34,294 bases of DNA from an uncultured Oscillospiraceae bacterium (lineage in GTDB: Bacteria; Bacillota; Clostridia; UMGS1883; UMGS1540): the NCBI GenBank assembly GCA_964623915.1, contig CAZUVQ010000004.1:1-34294 (forward strand), given 5' to 3'. The position numbers and the translations under genes were made by a program. The notes under the pieces are model-generated. The model was not told where the DNA came from. It saw only the letters and a list, made by a program, of their open reading frames with translations, and did not search any database. This document shows positions 8,736 through 16,376 of this stretch, piece after piece (position 1 is the stretch's first letter; each line of letters begins with the position of its first letter).

Positions 8736-10994
8736 ATGAATAAAGAAAACATCACTGTTTCAATTCCTATTGGTGGCATGAGTTGTGCATCGTGTGTGAG
8801 CAGGGTCGAAAAGTCTTTGTCGAAAACCGAAGGTATTTCAGAAGTCTTTGTAAATTTAGCAACCGAAAAGGCAACTGTTGAATATGACCCGAATGTAATA
8901 AACGAGCAAATAATCAGACAGGTGATAGAAAAAGCAGGCTACAAAGCTTTGGTTATTGAGAAAAATGATACACCAATAGATGAAGATAAAAAGAGCAAGG
9001 GCAAAGAAATACGTTCGTTTTTTTTAAGGTTTACAATAGCTGCTGTATTTGGAATTCCTCTTTTGTATCTTGCTATGGGACCAATGATGCTAAGCCTTCC
9101 GATACCCGCTTTTCTTGACCCGATGCATCGCCCTTTGAGCTATGCAATTACTCAGATTGCTTTAACAATTCCGGTTATTATAGCCGGTTATAGGTTTTAT
9201 TCAGTAGGTTTTTCGGCTTTGATTAAAAAAAGCCCGAACATGGATTCGTTAATTGCAATTGGAACCACGGCTGCAATAATTTACAGTCTTTATTCAACAT
9301 ATCAGATTTATTTGGGTGACGCTCATGCAGTAGAGGGGCTGTATTTTGAAACGGCAGGTGTTATTATCACGCTCATATTGCTTGGTAAATCATTGGAAGC
9401 AGTTTCAAAGGGAAGGACAAGCGATTCCATAAAAAAGCTTATGGATTTAGCACCCAAAACTGCCGTTTTAGTTCATGAAGGCAAAGAATTTAAAGTGCCT
9501 ATCAGTGATGTTGAGATAGGAGATACCATTTTAGTCAGACCGGGGGAGAAAATACCTGTTGACGGTGAGGTTTTTGAAGGGCATACATCAATTGATGAAT
9601 CAATGCTTACCGGTGAGAGTATTCCCGTAGACAAAAAAGCAGGCGACAAAGTTTATGCCGCCAGCATTAATAAAAACGGTGTGATTAAATTTGTTGCCAC
9701 AAAAGTTGGAAAGGATACTGCTCTTGCGCAGATTATCAAGCTTGTTGAGGACGCACAAGGCTCAAAAGCTCCGATTGCGCAAATGGCTGATATTGTATCG
9801 GGTTATTTCGTTCCTGTTGTAGTTTTTATAGCATTAATATCATTTGCGGCTTGGCTTATTGGTGGGCAATCAATAATATTTTCATTAAAGATTTTTATTT
9901 CTGTGCTTGTTATAGCCTGTCCGTGTGCACTGGGGCTTGCTACGCCCACTGCAATTATGGTCGGAACAGGTAAAGGCGCGGAGTATGGAATTTTGATTAA
10001 AAGCGGTGCCGCACTTGAAACCGCTCACAAAATAAACACTGTTGTTTTTGATAAAACAGGAACAATCACAGAGGGCAAGCCCGAGGTAACGGATATTATT
10101 ACCACAGTAAATATTAATGAGGAACAATTACTGCAAGCCGCCGCATCAGGGGAGAAAGGTTCTGAGCACCCTTTAGGTGATGCTATTGTAAGGTACGCTG
10201 AAAAGAAAAAAATTGACCTTTTGAAAACAGAAAATTTTGAAGCAATTCCCGGACATGGAATAAAAGTAATTATCGGCGGTGTATATACATTAATCGGTAA
10301 CAGAAAATTAATGGATGATACAAAAATATCATTAGATGAATTGACGACAGAATCGGACAGCTTAGCAGGCGAGGGTAAAACGCCCATGTTTATTGCAATG
10401 GACAATAAGCTTGCCGGTATAATAGCCGTAGCAGATGTTGTGAAAAAAAGCAGCAAAAAATCAATTGAGGAACTGCAATCAATGGGTATTGATGTTGTTA
10501 TGATAACAGGTGATAACAAAAAAACCGCAAAAACCATTGCAAAGCAGGTTGGTATACAAAAGGTATTATCGGAGGTTCTTCCCGGTGATAAATCGGAAGA
10601 AATAAAAAAGCTTCAGTCTTTAGGTATAAAGGTTGCTATGGTAGGTGACGGTATTAATGATGCTCCCGCACTTGCTCAGGCGGACATAGGCATTGCCATA
10701 GGTTCAGGAACAGATGTTGCTATGGAATCTGCCGACATTGTTTTATTAAAAAACGATTTAATGGATGTGGCTGTTGCAATTGCGCTGAGCAAAAGCACGA
10801 TACGAAACATAAAGCAGAATTTATTCTGGGCATTCGGATATAATATAGCCGGAATACCGATTGCTGCCGGTTTATTGTATCTTCTCGGAGGGCCTCTTTT
10901 AAATCCGATGTTCGCTGCGGCGGCAATGTCACTGAGTTCAGTATCAGTATTAACAAATGCATTGCGTTTGAAATGGTTTAAACCATATAACTAA
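8736..10994 (+). CDS. copA: Copper(I)-translocating P1B-type ATPase
   Basis: Single HMA domain (GMSCASCV), TGES, CPC in TM6, [13 protein letters not shown]. YNxxxxP (FGYNIAGIP) and MxxSS (MSLSS) are P1B-1 Cu(I) signatures. I prefer ATG 8736 over the track GTG at 8709. Confidence 0.9.
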   Translation: MNKENITVSIPIGGMSCASCVSRVEKSLSKTEGISEVFVNLATEKATVEYDPNVINEQIIRQVIEKAGYKALVIEKNDTPIDEDKKSKGKEIRSFFLRFTIAAVFGIPLLYLAMGPMMLSLPIPAFLDPMHRPLSYAITQIALTIPVIIAGYRFYSVGFSALIKKSPNMDSLIAIGTTAAIIYSLYSTYQIYLGDAHAVEGLYFETAGVIITLILLGKSLEAVSKGRTSDSIKKLMDLAPKTAVLVHEGKEFKVPISDVEIGDTILVRPGEKIPVDGEVFEGHTSIDESMLTGESIPVDKKAGDKVYAASINKNGVIKFVATKVGKDTALAQIIKLVEDAQGSKAPIAQMADIVSGYFVPVVVFIALISFAAWLIGGQSIIFSLKIFISVLVIACPCALGLATPTAIMVGTGKGAEYGILIKSGAALETAHKINTVVFDKTGTITEGKPEVTDIITTVNINEEQLLQAAASGEKGSEHPLGDAIVRYAEKKKIDLLKTENFEAIPGHGIKVIIGGVYTLIGNRKLMDDTKISLDELTTESDSLAGEGKTPMFIAMDNKLAGIIAVADVVKKSSKKSIEELQSMGIDVVMITGDNKKTAKTIAKQVGIQKVLSEVLPGDKSEEIKKLQSLGIKVAMVGDGINDAPALAQADIGIAIGSGTDVAMESADIVLLKNDLMDVAVAIALSKSTIRNIKQNLFWAFGYNIAGIPIAAGLLYLLGGPLLNPMFAAAAMSLSSVSVLTNALRLKWFKPYN

Positions 10995-11017
10995 AAAAAA
11001 GAAATTTATGTTTTATT

Positions 11018-11052
11018 ATACCGCTAAACCAAAAGGTTTAGCGGTATTTTTA
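11018..11052 (+). terminator. Rho-independent terminator after copA
   Basis: ATACCGCTAAACC-aaaa-GGTTTAGCGGTAT followed by T5. Confidence 0.85.
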
Positions 11053-11062
11053 TTTGTAAAAT

Positions 11063-11091
11063 GCATATGAAGGAATGAAATGGTAATAATA
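11063..11091 (+). promoter_or_regulatory. Possible forespore (sigma-G/F type) promoter for the ger operon
   Basis: GCATA (11063-11067), 17 nt, then AATAATA (consensus CATAATA, one mismatch). This kind of match is easy to get by chance in AT-rich DNA. Confidence 0.25.
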
Positions 11092-11124
11092 TAAAAAGGT
11101 TTAATTTAAAAGGAGAAAAAAATA

Positions 11125-12651
11125 ATGCTGCGATTTTGGAAGAAGAACAGTAAGGGGAAAAGCTATTTATATGAAGAAAAGCCTGAAAACAAAAATGTAA
11201 AATTGACGGCAGAGAATATTGATTTATTGCTTTCAGACAGCGATGATATTGTTATACGCAAGCTTTATATCAATGGTGATAAAGACCTGGAGGTTACGCT
11301 TTGTTTTGTTGATGGGTTGGTAAGCAGTAAAATTATAAATGACGATGTCTTAAAACCGCTCCTTCAGGAGACAAGGCTGGGCAATGCGAAAAACGAAAAG
11401 GAAATAATAAAGCTTATTGAGCATGGTACAATTTACACTGCTACTCAGAATGTCAGAGATAGTATTGATGACACAATAAATGACATACTAAACGGATTTG
11501 CAGCACTGATATTTGACAAATCAAAACGTGCAGTCACATTTGAGGTAAAAGGATTTGAAAAACGAAGTATTCAGGAGTCCTCAAGCGATAATGTTATAAA
11601 AGGTGCCAAGGATTCGTTCATTGAGGTAATACGCATTAATACCACTTTGGTAAGGCGTAAAATAAGAACACAAAATCTGCGCATCAAACAACTTGTTATA
11701 GGACAGCAGACACTTACTTCCATTGCTATATGTTATGTAGATGAAATTGCAAATGCAAATCTTGTGAAGGAAGTGACAGAAAGATTGCAGAAAATTAATG
11801 TTGACGGTGTATTGGCAACTGCCTATATAGAAGAGTTCATAGTAGATAATAAATTTTCAACCTTTCCTCAGATACTGTATACCGAGAGAAGCGATAAATT
11901 CTGCGGTAACCTTCTGGAAGGAAGAGTAGGAATTTTAATTGACGGATTGCCTACTGCATTGATAGTGCCGGCCAGTATTAATCAATTTATGCAAGCTACA
12001 GAGGATTATTCAAAAAATTATCTGGTTGCATCAATGATAAGCATTATTCGTTTTTTTTCTCTTTTTGTAACAATGTTTTTGCCGGGCTTTTATGTTGCTC
12101 TTTCTTCATTTCATCAGGAAATGATACCGTCTGAGCTTGCTATGTCAATAATATCAAGCAAGGAGGGTGTTCCATTTCCGACATTTATAGAAGTTTTCAT
12201 TTTGCTCATTTCCTTTGAGATTTTGCTTGAGGCAGGGCTTAGAATGCCAAAATCAATAGGACAGGCAGTGTCAATAGTAGGTGCATTGGTTGTAGGACAA
12301 TCTGCTGTTGAAGCAAAAATGGCATCACCTGCAATTGTAATTGTTGTTGCTGTAACCGTTATTGCGGGATTTACAATGCCAAATCAGGATTTTTCAAATT
12401 CAACACGTTTATGGCGTTTTATTATAACTATTTTCTCAACTATTGCAGGTCTTTTAGGATTATCGGTTGCCCTTATTTTGTTGATAATTCATTTAGCAGG
12501 TATGGAAAGCTTTGGCATTTCTTATCTTGCGCCATTTTCTGCAAACGAAGGACGTAATATTGCCACAGATTCACTTTTAAGATTGCCAGTATGGCTGATG
12601 AAAAAAAGACCGGAAAATCTTAATACTAATAATAAACAGCGTCAGGGGTGA
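11125..12651 (+). CDS. Spore germinant receptor, GerA-family A subunit
   Basis: RBS AAAGGAGA. Soluble N-terminal domain plus a C-terminal multi-TM region typical of GerAA/GerKA. The stop overlaps the next start (GTGA). Confidence 0.85.
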   Translation: MLRFWKKNSKGKSYLYEEKPENKNVKLTAENIDLLLSDSDDIVIRKLYINGDKDLEVTLCFVDGLVSSKIINDDVLKPLLQETRLGNAKNEKEIIKLIEHGTIYTATQNVRDSIDDTINDILNGFAALIFDKSKRAVTFEVKGFEKRSIQESSSDNVIKGAKDSFIEVIRINTTLVRRKIRTQNLRIKQLVIGQQTLTSIAICYVDEIANANLVKEVTERLQKINVDGVLATAYIEEFIVDNKFSTFPQILYTERSDKFCGNLLEGRVGILIDGLPTALIVPASINQFMQATEDYSKNYLVASMISIIRFFSLFVTMFLPGFYVALSSFHQEMIPSELAMSIISSKEGVPFPTFIEVFILLISFEILLEAGLRMPKSIGQAVSIVGALVVGQSAVEAKMASPAIVIVVAVTVIAGFTMPNQDFSNSTRLWRFIITIFSTIAGLLGLSVALILLIIHLAGMESFGISYLAPFSANEGRNIATDSLLRLPVWLMKKRPENLNTNNKQRQG

Positions 12652-13904
12652 TTAATATTTACAAAAAAATTTTATTAATATTTATTGGTTTACTCTTTAT
12701 AGCTTTACTTTATGGCTGCTCCGGAATATTGCCTGAAAGAAGAGAAATAAACAAATTATTAATGATAAGAGCCGTCGGGCTTGACAAGGAAACTGATGAT
12801 CCTGAAAAAATCAGCGTTACGGTTATCTCAAAAAAACCAGGAGAAAATACCGGCAAAATAATCGGGGGTGAGGAAAGCTCTAAAAGTGCTATTCAGTCAA
12901 ACAAAGCAAATACTTTCTTTGAAGCTGAGCGGCAGTTTCATACTTCTTCTGATAAAAGTATTTTTTTAGGACATTGTGAATTCTATCTCTTTGGTGAAGA
13001 AGCTGCAAGAGAAGGTATAGTAAAATATCTTGACTTTTTATCAAGGGACCATGAAATGCGTGGAAATGCATACATTTATATAGTTGAAGGTTCAACTGCG
13101 AAGGAACTTATAACAAAAAGCTCTAATAAAGAAGTTTTTATGCCTGAAAGACTTGCGATTATAGGTGATAACTCAAAGCTTGTTACAGGGGCAAAACAAG
13201 TTGAATTAGTGGAGTTTGTACTTTGGCTTAATAATAAATACAGCTGTGCTCTGGCACCTACTCTTAAATTAAAAGAAAAAGATAAAGAAACAACAGTGGA
13301 AGGACAAGGCACAAGCGGTGAAGATGGGGGGGAAGAGCAGAAGACTTCTTATGAAGTTGAGCTTGCCGGTTACTCAGTTTTTAAGGATTTTAAATTAAAA
13401 TGTATTCTTGATAAGAAAATGACACGCGGAGAAAATTTTATATTGAACAGGGTTGGTTCAGGTGTTATTGAAGTTCGTGATCGTGACAGGAATATGGTGG
13501 CACTTGAAATAATTGACAGCAGTACAAGTTTTAAACCTGAGTTTGAAAATGATGAAATCAAGAAAGTTTCAATAAATGTCAAGCTATCAACTAATGTTGA
13601 TGAGGTTCATTCGAAAAATTCAGTTTTCACAGAGGACACTCTGGCATTTTTAATGGATGAGCAATCAAAGGTAATTAAAGAGGAAATTGAAAGCGTTATT
13701 TCTTATGCTCAAGAGCTTAATGTAGATTTTATAGATATAGCAAATGTCATTGAAACAAAGCATCCTGCAAAATGGCAAAATTTCAAGGACAGATGGGACG
13801 AAATATTTCCAAACCTTGAAATTAATGTTGAAGTAAAATCAAGGATAAACAGAACTTATGATATAAGAGAACCAAACGGAGTTTTGGAGGAGGAGCATAA
13901 ATAA
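12648..13904 (+). CDS. Spore germinant receptor, C subunit (lipoprotein)
   Basis: Signal peptide with lipobox LLYGCSG. Ger(x)C-like length and position. GTG start overlaps the stop of the A subunit. Confidence 0.8.
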   Translation: MINIYKKILLIFIGLLFIALLYGCSGILPERREINKLLMIRAVGLDKETDDPEKISVTVISKKPGENTGKIIGGEESSKSAIQSNKANTFFEAERQFHTSSDKSIFLGHCEFYLFGEEAAREGIVKYLDFLSRDHEMRGNAYIYIVEGSTAKELITKSSNKEVFMPERLAIIGDNSKLVTGAKQVELVEFVLWLNNKYSCALAPTLKLKEKDKETTVEGQGTSGEDGGEEQKTSYEVELAGYSVFKDFKLKCILDKKMTRGENFILNRVGSGVIEVRDRDRNMVALEIIDSSTSFKPEFENDEIKKVSINVKLSTNVDEVHSKNSVFTEDTLAFLMDEQSKVIKEEIESVISYAQELNVDFIDIANVIETKHPAKWQNFKDRWDEIFPNLEINVEVKSRINRTYDIREPNGVLEEEHK

Positions 13905-14107
13905 TGATTTACTTTTATGTTTTGTTAATTATCGTGCTTGCAGTTTTCGATATTATTGCTATCAAAAAAAAAGGTAAAAAAAAGGATATAATAGTGTATC
14001 TGACACTGATGACTTTAGTGGCAGTATTTGGTGGAATTTACTTGTCCGATAATTTCCGCCCAAGTATTGCAAGCTATATTTTAAAGTTTGCAAATATAAA
14101 GGAGTGA
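13904..14107 (+). CDS. Small two-TM membrane protein embedded in the ger operon (germinant-receptor D-subunit-like)
   Basis: TAATG overlap with the C subunit, and GGAGGAGGAG RBS 8 nt upstream. Two hydrophobic helices separated by KKKGKKKD. Ends 4 nt before the B subunit start. Confidence 0.6.
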   Translation: MIYFYVLLIIVLAVFDIIAIKKKGKKKDIIVYLTLMTLVAVFGGIYLSDNFRPSIASYILKFANIKE

Positions 14108-14111
14108 TTTT

Positions 14112-15200
14112 GTGATTGATTCAAAAGGTAAAATATCTGTCCGTCAGGCAATGCTGTTATTCATTATATCAACCATGTCACCTGCTATTCGTCTGTTCCC
14201 TCAAATCACCGCAAAAGTAGCGGGAAAAGCAGGGTGGCTTGCACCTTTACCTGCAATAATACCGTTGATATTATTGGTTTTTTTAGTAAATTCTTTTTTT
14301 GGTAAAAATAAAAACGTAAACCTTTCCGATATATATAGTGATATTTTAGGAAATATAGCAGGAAAAATAGTAGTGTTTTTATATATAATATGGCTTTTGG
14401 TGTTGCTCTCTTTGTATACAAGATATTATTCCGAGAGATTATTAAGCTCTATTATGCCTGACACATCACAGGTTTTTTTGCTGATTTCATTACTTGCGCT
14501 CGTATTTATTGCTGCGAGAAAAGGTTTGGTTATAATTGCAAGGGCGAATGAAGTTTTCTTCCCGTTGATAATTTTTACATTTATATTAGCCTTTTTGTTT
14601 TCAATTTCTGACATAAAGTACAGAAACCTTATGAACGTAAGCTATATTGACGCATTACCGGTGTTAAAATCAAGTTTTAACATCGTTACTGTTTGGGGAT
14701 ATTATCTGCTTTTCTTCTTTTTTGCAGACAAAATTCAAAACATAGAATATATTAAAAAATTTTCCTTCAGAGGATTAATTATATTATTTACAACCACTTT
14801 TTTAATGATGATAATGACTATAGGAACGCTTGGGTCAAGGCTTGCTTCCCATGTATCACTTCCGTTTTTTATGGTTATTAAAAATATTTCAATATTAGAA
14901 GCACTTGACCATTTTGAGTCAATCCTCTTAGCTATATGGGTAATATCAGATTTTATAATTATTTCAATGTTTACGCTGATAATTGCATATATGTTCAAAT
15001 CGTTATTTAAGCTTTCAGATGTAAATACAACGATAAGTCCTATAGTTGTATTTGCGGGAATTGGTGCTTTATATATGGTTGGAAATCGTTTTGAGCTGGA
15101 AACTTTTTCTTCAAGAATCGCTGTGTTTGTAAATATAATATTTGAATATATTTTTCCGTTAATAATTTTCGGGATAGGGAAGTTAAGAAAGAAGATATAA
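14112..15200 (+). CDS. Spore germinant receptor, B subunit (APC-superfamily permease-like)
   Basis: GTG start after AAGGAG. About 10 TM helices. N-terminal ISVRQAMLLFIISTMSPAIRLFP is typical of GerAB/GerKB. Confidence 0.85.
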   Translation: MIDSKGKISVRQAMLLFIISTMSPAIRLFPQITAKVAGKAGWLAPLPAIIPLILLVFLVNSFFGKNKNVNLSDIYSDILGNIAGKIVVFLYIIWLLVLLSLYTRYYSERLLSSIMPDTSQVFLLISLLALVFIAARKGLVIIARANEVFFPLIIFTFILAFLFSISDIKYRNLMNVSYIDALPVLKSSFNIVTVWGYYLLFFFFADKIQNIEYIKKFSFRGLIILFTTTFLMMIMTIGTLGSRLASHVSLPFFMVIKNISILEALDHFESILLAIWVISDFIIISMFTLIIAYMFKSLFKLSDVNTTISPIVVFAGIGALYMVGNRFELETFSSRIAVFVNIIFEYIFPLIIFGIGKLRKKI

Positions 15201-15227
15201 ATATTTAAGTAATGATATGCTTTTATA

Positions 15228-15256
15228 TTGAACTTTTTCCTGTTTGGTAGTATAAT
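15228..15256 (+). promoter_or_regulatory. Sigma-A promoter for the LysR-family regulator gene
   Basis: TTGAAC (15228-15233), 17-nt spacer, TATAAT (15251-15256). Confidence 0.55.
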
Positions 15257-15315
15257 CAAATAAAATTAGGTAATATATTTTTACTTATGATAATTCCTGT
15301 CAGGAGGGAGTATAT

Positions 15316-16239
15316 ATGAATACTCTGCATTTAAAATATGCCGTTGAAATCGAAAGAGCAGGCTCAATAACACAGGCGGCAGAAAATTTATTTATGGGAC
15401 AGCCTACCTTAAGCAAAACAATAAAGGAGCTTGAATCAAACCTTGGAATAACTATATTTAAAAGAACTTCAAAAGGCGTACTGCCAACAAAAAAAGGCAC
15501 TGAGTTTTTGAATTACGCCAAAAATATACTTTCGCAGATTGATGAAATGGAAGGCCTTTATAAATCAGACACAAAACAAAGCTTTAGTATTGCTGTTCCG
15601 AGGGCAAGCTATATTTCAAAGGCATTGACAGGCTTTATTAAGGAACTTGACCATATTAAAAGCATTGATATTAATTATAAGGAAACAAATGCGATACGTG
15701 CAATAAACAAGGTATCTGTCGGTGAATACAACTTTGGCATAATAAGGTATCAGTCAATATATGAAAATTACTTTACCAGTTTTTTAACTGATAAGAACTT
15801 CACTATTAAACCACTGTGGGAATTTGAATGTTTAGCTATTATGAATGAAAAACACCCTCTTGCTTCAAATAAAGTAATAAATTATGATGACCTTATAAAA
15901 TACATAGAAGTTATACACGGCGATAATGTTGTTCCATACTTATCTGTTGACAATAAAAACAACGGTAAAAATATTTCAAAGAAAATATATATTTATGAAC
16001 GCGGCAGTCAGTTCGATTTGTTAGCTGATATTTTCGGTTCATATATGCTTACATCACCGATACCGCTTGATATATTACACAGGAACTCTTTAATTCAAAG
16101 AAAGTGCAATTATGTTGGCGGAAAATATAAGGATGTTATAATATATCCTGAAAATTATCAGTTTACAGAGCTTGAAAATTGTTTTTTAGAAAAACTTAAT
16201 AAAATAATTAATGAAGTATCAGAGGTTGAATATCACTAA
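15316..16239 (+). CDS. LysR-family transcriptional regulator
   Basis: RBS AGGAGGGAG. N-terminal HTH (LHLKYAVEIERAGSITQAAENLFMGQPTLSKTIKELE) and a LysR substrate-binding-size C-terminus. Confidence 0.85.
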   Translation: MNTLHLKYAVEIERAGSITQAAENLFMGQPTLSKTIKELESNLGITIFKRTSKGVLPTKKGTEFLNYAKNILSQIDEMEGLYKSDTKQSFSIAVPRASYISKALTGFIKELDHIKSIDINYKETNAIRAINKVSVGEYNFGIIRYQSIYENYFTSFLTDKNFTIKPLWEFECLAIMNEKHPLASNKVINYDDLIKYIEVIHGDNVVPYLSVDNKNNGKNISKKIYIYERGSQFDLLADIFGSYMLTSPIPLDILHRNSLIQRKCNYVGGKYKDVIIYPENYQFTELENCFLEKLNKIINEVSEVEYH

Positions 16240-16316
16240 ATATTATCCAAAAACCCATTCATATCTATATTTGCATAGTTCTATTCCAATTTTGCATTTC
16301 AAAATAAATGGAAAGT

Positions 16317-16334
16317 GTGTTAAATTATTAACGA
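16317..16334 (+). promoter_or_regulatory. Rex (redox-sensing repressor) operator, distal
   Basis: GTGTTAAATTATTAACGA against the clostridial Rex consensus TTGTTAANNNNTTAACAA. The two mismatches are both at outer positions. Confidence 0.55.
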
Positions 16335-16341
16335 ACGAAGA

Positions 16342-16359
16342 TTGTTTATAATTTAACAA
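16342..16359 (+). promoter_or_regulatory. Rex operator, proximal; overlaps a TATAAT hexamer
   Basis: TTGTTTATAATTTAACAA against TTGTTAANNNNTTAACAA, one mismatch. It contains TATAAT at 16347-16352 and lies 18 nt upstream of the adhE ATG. Confidence 0.6.
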
Positions 16360-16376
16360 AGTTAGGGTGAGTTATT

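Noticed and set aside
10025-10537. 170-aa antisense ORF inside copA
   Set aside because: It lies entirely within a confidently assigned P-type ATPase gene on the opposite strand. The sequence is low-complexity and Ser/Ile-rich, as expected for an antisense frame in AT-rich coding DNA, and there is no RBS.
14735-15259. 174-aa antisense ORF over the 3' end of the GerB-type gene
   Set aside because: It is an Ile/Asn/Lys-rich antisense shadow of a membrane-protein gene. It would run through the LysR promoter region, and there is no RBS.
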